Source: Candidatus Acidiferrales bacterium (GTDB lineage Bacteria > Acidobacteriota > Terriglobia > Acidiferrales > UBA7541). From it: a DNA stretch of 64,000 bases. Numbering within the stretch: position 1 is the first letter of the stretch; every line of letters begins with the position of its first letter. Positions 1 through 9,464 of this stretch are shown piece after piece. The position numbers were made by a program, and so were the translations under genes. A model generated the notes under the pieces. That model searched no databases. It saw only the letters and a list, made by a program, of their open reading frames with translations, and was not told the origin of the DNA. Location of the stretch: NCBI GenBank assembly GCA_963775865.1, contig CAVZKU010000001.1, positions 229,510-293,509 on the forward strand, read 5' to 3'.

Positions 1-1854
1 CCCATTCCCGCGGAATATTCCTCCTGGGGCACGTTCACGCAACTCCGCGACAATAATCTCACCGCCATGCGCACCATCCTCGAAGCCGCGAGCAAAGCCA
101 ATGCCGCCACAGGTTCAAATGAACAAAAGATCGGTGACTTTTATGCAAGCTGCATGGACACCACGGCCATCGAGGCTGCTGGCCTCGAACCTATTTCAGG
201 CGAACTGAGTGCCATTGACGCCATCGCTGACCGCAAGTCGCTGGACGCTGCGGTGGCTAAGCTGCAGCAACGGGGCGCCGGCGTACTTTTTCGCTTCAGC
301 TCCGGCCAAGACATTAAGGATAGTTCGCGCGTGATTGCGCAAGCCGGCCAGGGTGGCTTGGGTATGCCGGATCGCGATTATTATTTCCGCGACGACGTCA
401 AATCCAAGCAACTGCGCGCCGATTACGAGCAGCATGTCGCCAAAATGTTTGCGCTTGCGGGCGACGCGCCAGACAAAGCCGCCGCCGAAGCCAAAACCGT
501 AATGACCATCGAAACCGCGCTGGCCAAAGCTTCCCGGACACGTGTTGAACTGCGCGACCCCGAAAAAAATTATCACCCGATGCCGCTTTCGGAAATGAAC
601 GCGCTCACTCCGGATTGGCCCTGGGAGAGTTATCTCCACGAAATAGGTGCTCCCGCGGTCGAGCAAGTCAATGTTCGCCAACCTGAATTTTTCAAAGAGA
701 TGAACCAGCAGCTTTCTAGCGTTCCCCCTCCCGATTGGAAAATCTATCTGCGCTGGCATGTGATTCACGCGAATGCACCGGCACTTGCCGAAAAGTTTGT
801 GGAAGAGAATTTCGATTTCTACGACAGGAAGCTCTCCGGCACAAAAGAGATGCTGCCGCGCTGGAAGCGCTGTGTGCAATCTACAGACCGAAACCTCGGC
901 GAAGCGCTGGGACAGGTCTACGTCGACAAATACTTTCCGCCTGCCGCCAAGGCACATGCGAAGGAGATGGTCAACAACCTGATCGCTGCGCTACGCGAGG
1001 ACATTCCCTCTCTTTCCTGGATGGGGCCGGAAACCAAGAAGGAAGCGCTAGCAAAACTCGCAGCGTTTACCGTGAAAATTGGTTATCCCGATAAATGGCG
1101 TGACTATGCAAAGCTCCCGATCGATCGCAGCTCCTATGACGCCAACGTCCGCCGCAGCGTGGAGTTTGAATATGCCCGCCAGCTCGGCAAAATCGGCAAA
1201 CCCGTGGATCGCGGCGAATGGGGCATGACGCCGCCCACAGTGAATGCGTATTACAGCTCCAGTATGAACGAAATTGTCTTTCCTGCCGGCATTCTTCAAC
1301 CGCCTTTCTACAATCCCAACGCCGATGACGCGGTGAACTATGGCGGCATCGGCGCGGTGATCGGCCATGAAATCAGCCACGGGTTCGATGATCAAGGTTC
1401 CAAGTTCGATGGAAAGGGCAATTTGCATGAGTGGTGGACCCCGGACGACCGCAAGAATTTCACCGAACGCGGCGATTGCGTAGTGAACCAGTTCAACAGC
1501 TACGAAGTGGAACCGGGTCTGCATCAGAATGGCAAGTTGGTTCTCGGAGAAAGCATTGGCGACCTCGGCGGCCTGACCATTGCCTACGCCGCCTACCAAA
1601 GATCCATTGCGGGCAAGCGTCCCAGAGACATCGATGGCTTCACGCCGGAGCAGCGCTTTTTCCTTGGCTGGGCCCAGGTTTGGGGCGCGAATCAACGCGC
1701 GGAAGCGGCTCGCCTGCAAACCAACACCGATCCGCACCCGTTGGCGCGGTTCCGCGGCAACGGTCCACTTTCCAACATGGAAGCGTTCGCCAAGGCGTTC
1801 GGCTGCAAGAAGGGCGATGCCATGGTCCGTGAGCAATCGTGCAAAATCTGGTAG
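1..1854 (+). CDS. M13 family metallopeptidase (PepO/neprilysin-like), 5'-truncated by window edge
   Basis: Frame is open from base 1 (PIPAEYSSWGTF...). Motifs VNAYY, GHEISHGFDDQG (HExxH zinc site), GESIGDLGG and TDPHP. Confidence 0.93.
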   Translation, partial: PIPAEYSSWGTFTQLRDNNLTAMRTILEAASKANAATGSNEQKIGDFYASCMDTTAIEAAGLEPISGELSAIDAIADRKSLDAAVAKLQQRGAGVLFRFSSGQDIKDSSRVIAQAGQGGLGMPDRDYYFRDDVKSKQLRADYEQHVAKMFALAGDAPDKAAAEAKTVMTIETALAKASRTRVELRDPEKNYHPMPLSEMNALTPDWPWESYLHEIGAPAVEQVNVRQPEFFKEMNQQLSSVPPPDWKIYLRWHVIHANAPALAEKFVEENFDFYDRKLSGTKEMLPRWKRCVQSTDRNLGEALGQVYVDKYFPPAAKAHAKEMVNNLIAALREDIPSLSWMGPETKKEALAKLAAFTVKIGYPDKWRDYAKLPIDRSSYDANVRRSVEFEYARQLGKIGKPVDRGEWGMTPPTVNAYYSSSMNEIVFPAGILQPPFYNPNADDAVNYGGIGAVIGHEISHGFDDQGSKFDGKGNLHEWWTPDDRKNFTERGDCVVNQFNSYEVEPGLHQNGKLVLGESIGDLGGLTIAYAAYQRSIAGKRPRDIDGFTPEQRFFLGWAQVWGANQRAEAARLQTNTDPHPLARFRGNGPLSNMEAFAKAFGCKKGDAMVREQSCKIW

Positions 1855-1980
1855 CCATGCGTTCCCGGCGGGCGCCCGGATTTCGTTTGCCGCGCCATCT
1901 CAGTCGGTCTCTACGGAAAGCCGTTAAAACAGTAGAAACAGGTCAATTTGCCTGATTCAGGATTGAGAAATCGAGTTCTT

Positions 1981-2562
1981 TTACTTCTTCGGCTGCGCCG
2001 TCGGCGGCAAGATTCCATTCAGCCGTAAATACATCGCGGCTGCTCCATAGTGATCCGACCAGCCGCCAGCCAGAAAGAACACCGCCATGGCGCGTGGTCC
2101 CTGCATGCGCCCGAAGTCAACGTTGTCGCCCAGCTTGGAATCGTCCACATTGGCGAGGGCGGTGGAGCAGAAATCGAACGACGCGCGGGCGGCAGCGAGA
2201 AGCTTGTCTTTGGAATCAGTCTCCTTGAGTTCCTCGACTTTAGGTGCGGGAATATCCGCGATTTTGGAACACATGGAGTTATTCGACTCGGTAATGTGGA
2301 CAACCAGATGAGCGAAGCTGATCTGGTCCGGCGTAGGCTTGTAGCTGAACTTATCGGCGGGCATGGCGTCAATCGCGGCAAGGATGTTTTTCTGCTGGCG
2401 CGGCAGAATCGTCCGCAGCACCGTCGTGACTGGATTCTTCACGGGCGTGGAAGCTTGTGGACTTGCAGCTGCCGCCGTGGACGAAGGCGGTGTCGCCGTT
2501 TGCGCCTGTGCAGAACCAATCGTGACGCACACGAAAATAAATGTGACAAGAATCGCTTTCAT
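1981..2562 (-). CDS. Secreted DinB-like family protein
   Basis: RBS AAGGGAGG precedes MKAILVTFIF signal peptide. DinB-like motifs AMPADKFSYKPT, SFAHLVVHI and DHYG..YLRLNGILPP. Confidence 0.8.
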   Translation of the reverse strand: MKAILVTFIFVCVTIGSAQAQTATPPSSTAAAASPQASTPVKNPVTTVLRTILPRQQKNILAAIDAMPADKFSYKPTPDQISFAHLVVHITESNNSMCSKIADIPAPKVEELKETDSKDKLLAAARASFDFCSTALANVDDSKLGDNVDFGRMQGPRAMAVFFLAGGWSDHYGAAAMYLRLNGILPPTAQPKK

Positions 2563-2659
2563 GCTGGTGCCTCCCTTACTTGGTCGCTCCAACGGATCCG
2601 TACCCTCATGACTTGGCAAAAAACGGCCCTCATCATACACCCATAAGCAGTTCGGTACG

Positions 2660-2713
2660 ATCCCACAATGACATCCCTGACATCCCACAATGACTGGCAA
2701 TGACTGGCGATGA
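2660..2713. repeat. Short nested direct repeats upstream of the DinB-like gene
   Basis: ATCCCACAATGAC x2 and TGACTGGC x2. TGAC cores at 2669, 2678, 2691 and 2701. Confidence 0.6.
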
Positions 2714-2880
2714 AGACGAAGCTAACGCGTCCTGTTCGCTCCTGGAAGTTGGGTTGATGATAGTCTTTCCGATGTGACGAAACTTACAGATGAGGAATTC
2801 GTTCGTCCGGCTGACTTCTATGCAAGACGGAGTAATGAATTGCGCGTTGCGGTGGACAGGAGCGCGGCACGCTATACCAA

Positions 2881-3345
2881 GTACACGCAGTTCTTGCTGT
2901 TTGCTGCACAGAACTAAGCCTGTCACCCCTGACGATCGCTGCAGCCGTGCGAGCGCCGGACTCCGTGGTGGATGGCCGGTCACATTTCCTGGCGGAGATG
3001 CGGAGATTGCGAAGGATGATTGAAACAGCGGAGCACGGCCCGCTTCTGTTTCTGGCTGACGAAATCATGGGTGGCACCAATTCACATGATCGAAGGATTG
3101 CTACGGAATGGGTAATCAGGGCGTTGATGCTGCGAGGGGCGATCGGGGCAATAACGACTCACGATCTCGCTTTGACCGAGATTGCGAGCAATGGCTTGCC
3201 TGGACGAAATCTCTGCTTTGAGGATTCAGGCGAAGGAGGGAACCTGACTTTCGATTACCAGCTGCGCCAAGGAATCCTAACCCGCTCAAATACGTTGAAC
3301 ATCGCTCATCTGCTGGGAATCGACACATCCGCCCAGGAACACTAA
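2881..3345 (+). pseudogene. C-terminal remnant of a MutS domain V (ATPase) family gene
   Basis: Reads LSLSPLTIAAAVRAPDSVVDGRSHFLAEMRRL...LFLADEIMGGTNSHDR...ITTHDLAL (Walker B and TTHD). Walker A and the N-terminus are missing; in-frame TAA TGA at about 2833-2838. Confidence 0.8.
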
Positions 3346-3417
3346 CTCAGACCGAGCGATTACGCGAGAATGTTTGCCAGGCCCACTTGCAGAGTGAACG
3401 GACTCGATACACTACGG

Positions 3418-6336
3418 TTACTGCAACTTCGCGGATTCGGATTTGGCTTCGTTGAGGATGCGAATATCGGGGTCCGCATTTTTCCAAAGTGTGAGGAACT
3501 TCTTGTAGGCAGTACCGGCGCGTTCGCGGGCCGCTGTCACCTCTGCGCCCTGGGCGCTTTTCAACTCCAATGCATACGCACGCGCCAGGCCCAAGTGGGC
3601 CAGCGATGCCGTCCAGCAGTTCCACACGACCCCGCTGTGTTCGATGATTTTCTGAAACTCCCCGGCCGCTTCCTTAGCGTTCCCTGTCGCTAGGTACGCC
3701 TGGCCCCGCGTGTACACAGGGTACATGCACGAGAGACTGAGCTCGAACGGGATCCCGCCCAGATCCAACGCGGAACCTGCTTTCGATATTTCTACCGCGT
3801 GGCTTGGATCGTTCCGGGCCAAGGCCAGTTGCGCTTCGACGGCGGGAATCCAGTAGGACTGCACAAACGTGTCCGCCGGATAAAGGGCGTTCAATTCCGA
3901 CTTGACGGATTCGGCTTGCTCGATTTTGCCGGCCATGGCCAGGGCCAGCGCCGCCTGGACTTGCACGGACTGCCTTCCGGGCATCCCGTGTAGCGCTTCG
4001 TTCGCGTCTGTTGCGGCCTGGTTGAGATTTCCTAGGGCCGCTTCACGCAAGGCCCCACTCGCTCGCCAGATCGCGGCACTCTCCTTGCTGTCGGCGCGCA
4101 GGGCCGAAGCAATGGCTTTCTGGTTCAGTTCTCGCGCTTGCTGAAGCCGGCCTTGGTAGGCCATGGTTCGCGCCTCGAGCATCCACCCGTAATGCGCGGC
4201 GTCCGGCCGAGCCCGCAACCAGGCCAGCTCCTGCTCCATCGCCTTCTCATCTTGATGAATAAACCCCAGCCCATAGAGGCCTAGGTGCAAAATGAAGTCG
4301 TCGAGTCCACCATCTTGCGCGGTCTGAATGATTTTTCGCGCCTCTGCAAAGCGGCCCAGAGCTAAATAATCGTAGGCAAGATTTTCATACGCGTTCACGG
4401 CCACGGGCTTTGCCTGAATGGTCTGGTTTTCCATCTCAATTGCCCGCTCGTACTGGCCCAGTTGCTCATAGAGACTTCCCAGATTGTCGGAAGCCGCTAC
4501 GTCTCGCGGATAAATCGCCAGAATTTCCTGATAGGTTTGCGCCGCCTTCTGCAGGTCCCCAAGCACCAGGTAATAATAGTCGGCGGCGATAATCAGAGCC
4601 TCGCGCTCGCTCGCCTGCTCGCGGAGTTCGAAGGCCTTCTTGAGGTACTCAGTCGCACGTCCCGTCTGCGCGAGATTAGAGTAGTCCAGCCCCACCGCGC
4701 GGTACGCCATGGCAAAGTTGGGATCCAGCTCAATCGCTCTGAGGTCAAAGGGAAGCGCCGCCGCCGGCCCTTTTTCATCCGAGGTCTTCAGTCCCAGACT
4801 GTAGGATTTCAGCGCATCCAGTGAGGGCGTGGTGGCGTGGACCAGAGGCACATCATATTTCTGGACGGTGGCGAGAGATTCCCCGAGTTCGCCGCGGAGC
4901 TTGGAGGCTGCCTGCCCCAGCGAGTCCAATACTTTTTCTTTGGCCGGCGCGGTGATTAGTTCTTGCGCAAGCTGGTCACCGCTCTGGCAGTTCACCGCTT
5001 TCAGGGCCAGCACATACTCGCTGCCCAGCGTGGCGATCGATCCGGCGATGTACGCTTTGCTGCCAGCACGCTGGCACAGCTCGCGGGCTACGTCCGGCGT
5101 CAGCGGAGTGGCAGGCGGACGAGCCATCCATTGCAGCGTCGCCGCAACCTTGTTTTCAGAAAGCACATTGAGGAAAGGCGACTGGTTCAACGCAACGCTG
5201 AGCGCGGTCTTCAGCGTGTCGTCGAAAACTGGGTCACCGGTGCTGTTCGCGAAATCCGCGAGAACGACAGTGTCTTTCTCGCTGAGCGTTTGGGCGTGAT
5301 GCAAACGATAGTAAAAACTGGCTACGAGAGCCGCCAGTAGAAACGCGGTAACCACAACAATCCCCAGAGTTTTCCTTTTCGGGGCCGCGGAAGGTTGCGG
5401 CGCGGCAACTTTTCCGGAGCTTGCCGCCGCCGTGAGCCCGCTTTCTGTGTCACGCCTCAGTCGCTGCAGGTCGGCGCGCATTTCGGCGGCACTCTGATAA
5501 CGCAAGTTCCGGTCTTTTTCCAAAGCCTTATGGATGATGCGCTCAAGCTCAGGGGACAAAACGGGGTTCAGACGTTGTGGGGGAATCGGCCGGTCGTTCA
5601 GAATGCATGAGAAAATGACCCCTGAGCTTTCCCCATGAAAGGGCAAAGTGCCGGTGGCCATTTCGTACAGTGTTGCGCCGAAGGAAAATAAATCGGTGCG
5701 GCCATCCAGTTCTCGCGCGCGCACCTGTTCGGGGGACATATACGCAACCGTTCCCACCGTGGATCCCGGGCTCGTCAGGTGGTATGGCTCGCCAATCGGG
5801 CCGGTAACCGTGTTCTCCGATTCAATTTCACTGGAAGAGCTGCCCACCGGTCCCACCTTGGCCAAACCGAAATCAAGAATCTTGGCGTGCCCGCGTTTTG
5901 TGATGAAAATGTTGGCCGGTTTGATGTCGCGGTGCACGATTCCCTGGGAGTGCGCCGCGTCGAGAGCGTCGGCAATTTCGATGGCGAGGGAAAGCAGCGG
6001 TTCCGCCTCGAGTGGTCTTCCGGCAATCCTGTGCTTCAGGGTCATGCCGTCCAGAAACTCCATCACCAAGAAGGGGCGGCCGTCCTGAAGGCCGATCTCA
6101 TAGATGGTGCAGATATTCGGGTGATTGAGCGCAGAAGCCGCCTGAGCTTCTCGCTGGAATCGAGTCAACGCCAAGGGGTCCCGGGCCACTTCATCCGGCA
6201 GGAATTTGAGAGCAACAAACCGGCGAAGGTCGGTGTCCTCCGCCTTATAGACCACACCCATACCTCCACCGCCTAGCTTTTCCATGATGCGGTAATGGGA
6301 GACGGTCTGGCCGATGAGGGAGGACGCTTCTGCCAT
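3418..6336 (-). CDS. Hanks-type Ser/Thr protein kinase with TM helix and C-terminal TPR sensor region
   Basis: [33 protein letters not shown] segment [21 protein letters not shown] followed by TPR-like repeats. Confidence 0.95.
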   Translation of the reverse strand: MAEASSLIGQTVSHYRIMEKLGGGGMGVVYKAEDTDLRRFVALKFLPDEVARDPLALTRFQREAQAASALNHPNICTIYEIGLQDGRPFLVMEFLDGMTLKHRIAGRPLEAEPLLSLAIEIADALDAAHSQGIVHRDIKPANIFITKRGHAKILDFGLAKVGPVGSSSSEIESENTVTGPIGEPYHLTSPGSTVGTVAYMSPEQVRARELDGRTDLFSFGATLYEMATGTLPFHGESSGVIFSCILNDRPIPPQRLNPVLSPELERIIHKALEKDRNLRYQSAAEMRADLQRLRRDTESGLTAAASSGKVAAPQPSAAPKRKTLGIVVVTAFLLAALVASFYYRLHHAQTLSEKDTVVLADFANSTGDPVFDDTLKTALSVALNQSPFLNVLSENKVAATLQWMARPPATPLTPDVARELCQRAGSKAYIAGSIATLGSEYVLALKAVNCQSGDQLAQELITAPAKEKVLDSLGQAASKLRGELGESLATVQKYDVPLVHATTPSLDALKSYSLGLKTSDEKGPAAALPFDLRAIELDPNFAMAYRAVGLDYSNLAQTGRATEYLKKAFELREQASEREALIIAADYYYLVLGDLQKAAQTYQEILAIYPRDVAASDNLGSLYEQLGQYERAIEMENQTIQAKPVAVNAYENLAYDYLALGRFAEARKIIQTAQDGGLDDFILHLGLYGLGFIHQDEKAMEQELAWLRARPDAAHYGWMLEARTMAYQGRLQQARELNQKAIASALRADSKESAAIWRASGALREAALGNLNQAATDANEALHGMPGRQSVQVQAALALAMAGKIEQAESVKSELNALYPADTFVQSYWIPAVEAQLALARNDPSHAVEISKAGSALDLGGIPFELSLSCMYPVYTRGQAYLATGNAKEAAGEFQKIIEHSGVVWNCWTASLAHLGLARAYALELKSAQGAEVTAARERAGTAYKKFLTLWKNADPDIRILNEAKSESAKLQ

Positions 6337-6424
6337 CGCGGGTCATCTTAGGTTGCGCAGCTGACGCAAGTCAACGAAAGCGCACGAAAGCGCACTGCCG
6401 CAATCGGAACTTCGTGTGGCTCTT

Positions 6425-6805
6425 CTATTTCCTCGGGATGCCGAGACGCAGATAGTCGTCAGACTTGTTCAGCCAGTCCTCGCGCGGCGGGTTGAAGACG
6501 TCCAGGTCCAGCGTGTCTTCGAGCGCCCAGGCCTCGTGCGGCATGTTCGAAGGAATGCACAACACTTCTCCGCTGCGCACCACAATTTCTTTGCTGTCGA
6601 TGGCGAATTTCAGCGCGCCTTCGAGGATGTAGGTGACCTGCTCGTTGTGGTGATGGTGTTCCGGCACGTGCGCGCCCTTTTTGAGGAACACACGAGCCAG
6701 CATCAGGTTGTCGCCCACCACCATTTCCCGGCCGATCAACTCATTCAGCTTTTCATGCTCGACCGTATTCCAGGGAATGTACTTGCAAGAAGGTTTTGTG
6801 CTCAT
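6425..6805 (-). CDS. Cupin domain protein
   Basis: PEHHHHNEQVTYILEG and IPSNMPHEA cupin motifs. ATG overlaps the upstream stop codon (ATGA, 6802-6805). Confidence 0.88.
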   Translation of the reverse strand: MSTKPSCKYIPWNTVEHEKLNELIGREMVVGDNLMLARVFLKKGAHVPEHHHHNEQVTYILEGALKFAIDSKEIVVRSGEVLCIPSNMPHEAWALEDTLDLDVFNPPREDWLNKSDDYLRLGIPRK

Positions 6806-8142
6806 TTTTTCAAATCTCCATACAACCGTGCGGCATTGTCGTGCAGATAATTTCGTGCCAGTTCCAAAGCCTTGGTATCCGTAATCGCGCCTTCCTCCAC
6901 AAGTTCCGCGAGCGCAGCGGCCAGCCCGGTGCGCGTTGTCCGTGCCGCCAGCCACATGCTTTCCTCCGCGCCGAGCGCATCATTGAAGGGAAAGGCGTCG
7001 GAGCCATACATCATCTTGTCGGGATACAGTGTCAGCAGTTGTTTCAATACCTCTTTGAATTGCGAGGGATAGAGCATCTCCGACTGGAACGAAGTGTCGA
7101 GGTACACATTCTTTACCGCGGTCATCAGAGCAGCTTCGCGTTCGTACGGCCACCCGCCATGGATGAGCACGAAGGTGACATTTTTGTAACGCTGGTCCCG
7201 CACCACGTTCTCCAGATTGAGCACATTGCCATTGTGCAGGCTGAAGTAGTCGCCAATGCCCACGCAAGAATGGAAGTGCATGGGTAGATGAAGTTTACCC
7301 GCTTGATCCACCATCACCCGGAAAATGTAATCCTGGAATGCACGGTATTCGGCCGGCGTGGGCAGGCCCCCGGCGCGGTATTTGTTGTAGATGGCTTCGG
7401 CATGCGCGCGGGGCGGGTCGGTGAAATGCAGCGTGCGAAAGTAGGCGGCTTCAAATTTGATAGCCACACCGGCGTGTTTCTGCTGGTTGTCGGTCATGGT
7501 GCGCCGCACGAACGCTTCGTAACCCGCCAGATCGCTAGGTAGCCCTTCCACTCCCTCCTGCTTCTTCCATCGATTCAGCATTTTCTCCTGCAGCGGGACA
7601 TACACACCCATGTCGGGCGAGCTCGCCGCCTGCTGGCTGTTGTCGAAGGGAAAGAAAAACGAGTCGCCAAAAAATACCCAGTGAAATCGTTTGGGATCGA
7701 GGTAGGAAGCCATCATGGCGCGGTTGGCCAAGCAGATGTCTACATTGAGCTTGTCCAGGATGCTGTCGAAATAAGCGACGCTGCCAGACTGCTCCGCTGC
7801 TTTGCTCTTGTCCGCCAGCCACCGAGCATGATCCGGCGCAAAATCGTTGTACGGGTACGCCAACAGCGCTTTTGCCCCGGCGACAAACTCCGGATTGTCT
7901 TCACGCAGCCGCAACGTGGCGCTTTCCTCCGGTGGTGCGGCCATCGCGTCCACGTCCGTGTCGTCGGCGAAGCCGGGATGGGCGTGGTTGTCGTACAGCG
8001 GAATCGTTTCAATCTGTTTTAGCAGGCGTTCGTAGGTTTTCTTCACATCACCCGAGGGATACGGACGCGCCTGTCCGGACGCCACATGGGCCACTCCGAC
8101 GGTCAGCAGCAAGCCCAGTCCCACACGCAACAGGCGATTCAT
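6802..8142 (-). CDS. Secreted amidohydrolase-superfamily protein (FluG N-terminal/amidohydro_2-like)
   Basis: Signal peptide MNRLLRVGLGLLLTVGVAHVASG. Motifs DNHAH (HxH), MHFH, LIHGGWP, NVYLDTS and YGSD. Confidence 0.82.
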   Translation of the reverse strand: MNRLLRVGLGLLLTVGVAHVASGQARPYPSGDVKKTYERLLKQIETIPLYDNHAHPGFADDTDVDAMAAPPEESATLRLREDNPEFVAGAKALLAYPYNDFAPDHARWLADKSKAAEQSGSVAYFDSILDKLNVDICLANRAMMASYLDPKRFHWVFFGDSFFFPFDNSQQAASSPDMGVYVPLQEKMLNRWKKQEGVEGLPSDLAGYEAFVRRTMTDNQQKHAGVAIKFEAAYFRTLHFTDPPRAHAEAIYNKYRAGGLPTPAEYRAFQDYIFRVMVDQAGKLHLPMHFHSCVGIGDYFSLHNGNVLNLENVVRDQRYKNVTFVLIHGGWPYEREAALMTAVKNVYLDTSFQSEMLYPSQFKEVLKQLLTLYPDKMMYGSDAFPFNDALGAEESMWLAARTTRTGLAAALAELVEEGAITDTKALELARNYLHDNAARLYGDLKK

Positions 8143-8181
8143 GACGAGGATTCTCTCCAAATAAACTTTTCCGGCTACGCC

Positions 8182-9366
8182 TTACCGCGAAACCGCTGCT
8201 CTCCAATGAAGGGTGGCGCGCTCGATCCGTTCGAGAGCATCTTCGAGCAGGTGCGTCGCGCTCACCAGCGAAAAGCGCACATAATTCTTGCCTTCAGCGC
8301 CAAACGCCGGACCCGCTATGGCAGCTACACCAACTTCCTCGAGCAATATTCTTTGTACGTCTTCCGCAGACTTTCCGGTGTCCGCAATATTTACCCAGGC
8401 ATAAAACGCGCCATCGGGGGATTGGCAGCGGAATCCCGGAATTTTGTTCAGTTTTTCGACGAAGACGTCGCGCCGCCGCCGATATTCCTCCACCATGGCC
8501 GGAACCGCCTCGGTCGAATCGCGCAACGCCTCGATGGCCGCAACCTGCGAGAATTCCGCCGTGCATGTGAACGTATTCAGCACCAGCAAATCCAGAGCAT
8601 CAATCACGCTTTTCTGCGCCACCGCGTACCCGAGCCGCCACCCGGTCATCGCGAAGGACTTGGAAAATCCGTCGATGATCACCGTGCGTTCCGCCATCCC
8701 TGGCAACGCCCAGATGGATTTGTACTCGCCGCGGAACAGGATGCGTGCGTAGATTTCGTCGGCGATGACCCATAAATCATGCTTCTTTGCGAGTTCGGCG
8801 ATTTCCGCCAGCGTCTGCTCGCTGAACACCGTACCGGTAGGGTTGTTGGGCGAATTGAAAATCAGCATACGCGTCTTTGAAGTGATTTTCGACGCGATTT
8901 CCTCGAAGTCCGGCTGGAAGCGATTCGCCTCGCGCAACGCGTAAGGAACCGCTTTTGCACCCAGCCCGCGCGTGAACGAGGGATAAATGGGAAAGCCCGG
9001 GTCGGGATAAAGCACTTCGTCACCCGGCTCAATGAGCGCCATCATGGCCAGCGCCAACGCCATCTTGCAGCCGGGCGCCACCAAAACTTGCTCGACATTC
9101 ACCTTCAGCTTCCGCGTGCGTCCCAAGTACTCGGCGATGGCCGCGCGCAAGACGGAGAGGCCTCGTGTGGCGACATAGCGATCACGGCCGTTCGCCACGG
9201 CGGCGCGTAGCGCATCCACGACGGGCGCCGCGGGATGGAAATCGGGTTCGCCCAACTCCAAATGAATGATGGAGCGGCCCTCTTTCTCCAACTCCTTGGC
9301 GCGCGAGAACACCGCCAGCGCGCCCTCGCCCGTCAGAAAAGAAACACGTGTTGCTATTTTTACCAT
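8182..9366 (-). CDS. PLP-dependent class I/II (aspartate-type) aminotransferase
   Basis: GEPDF, NSPNNPTG, DEIY, SKSFAMTGWRLGY (PLP lysine) and YVRFS. Confidence 0.93.
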   Translation of the reverse strand: MVKIATRVSFLTGEGALAVFSRAKELEKEGRSIIHLELGEPDFHPAAPVVDALRAAVANGRDRYVATRGLSVLRAAIAEYLGRTRKLKVNVEQVLVAPGCKMALALAMMALIEPGDEVLYPDPGFPIYPSFTRGLGAKAVPYALREANRFQPDFEEIASKITSKTRMLIFNSPNNPTGTVFSEQTLAEIAELAKKHDLWVIADEIYARILFRGEYKSIWALPGMAERTVIIDGFSKSFAMTGWRLGYAVAQKSVIDALDLLVLNTFTCTAEFSQVAAIEALRDSTEAVPAMVEEYRRRRDVFVEKLNKIPGFRCQSPDGAFYAWVNIADTGKSAEDVQRILLEEVGVAAIAGPAFGAEGKNYVRFSLVSATHLLEDALERIERATLHWRAAVSR

Positions 9367-9464
9367 GGCCGAAAAATCATATCACCTTGTGGGATTTCCT
9401 TGCCGCGCAGTTCGCCAGAGTCCAAGAAACGTGCACGCCGGCACCGTAGAATTGATTGATCGGC

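Noticed and set aside
6368-6395. ACGAAAGCGC tandem duplication upstream of the kinase
   Set aside because: Only two copies of 10 bp, with no supporting context.
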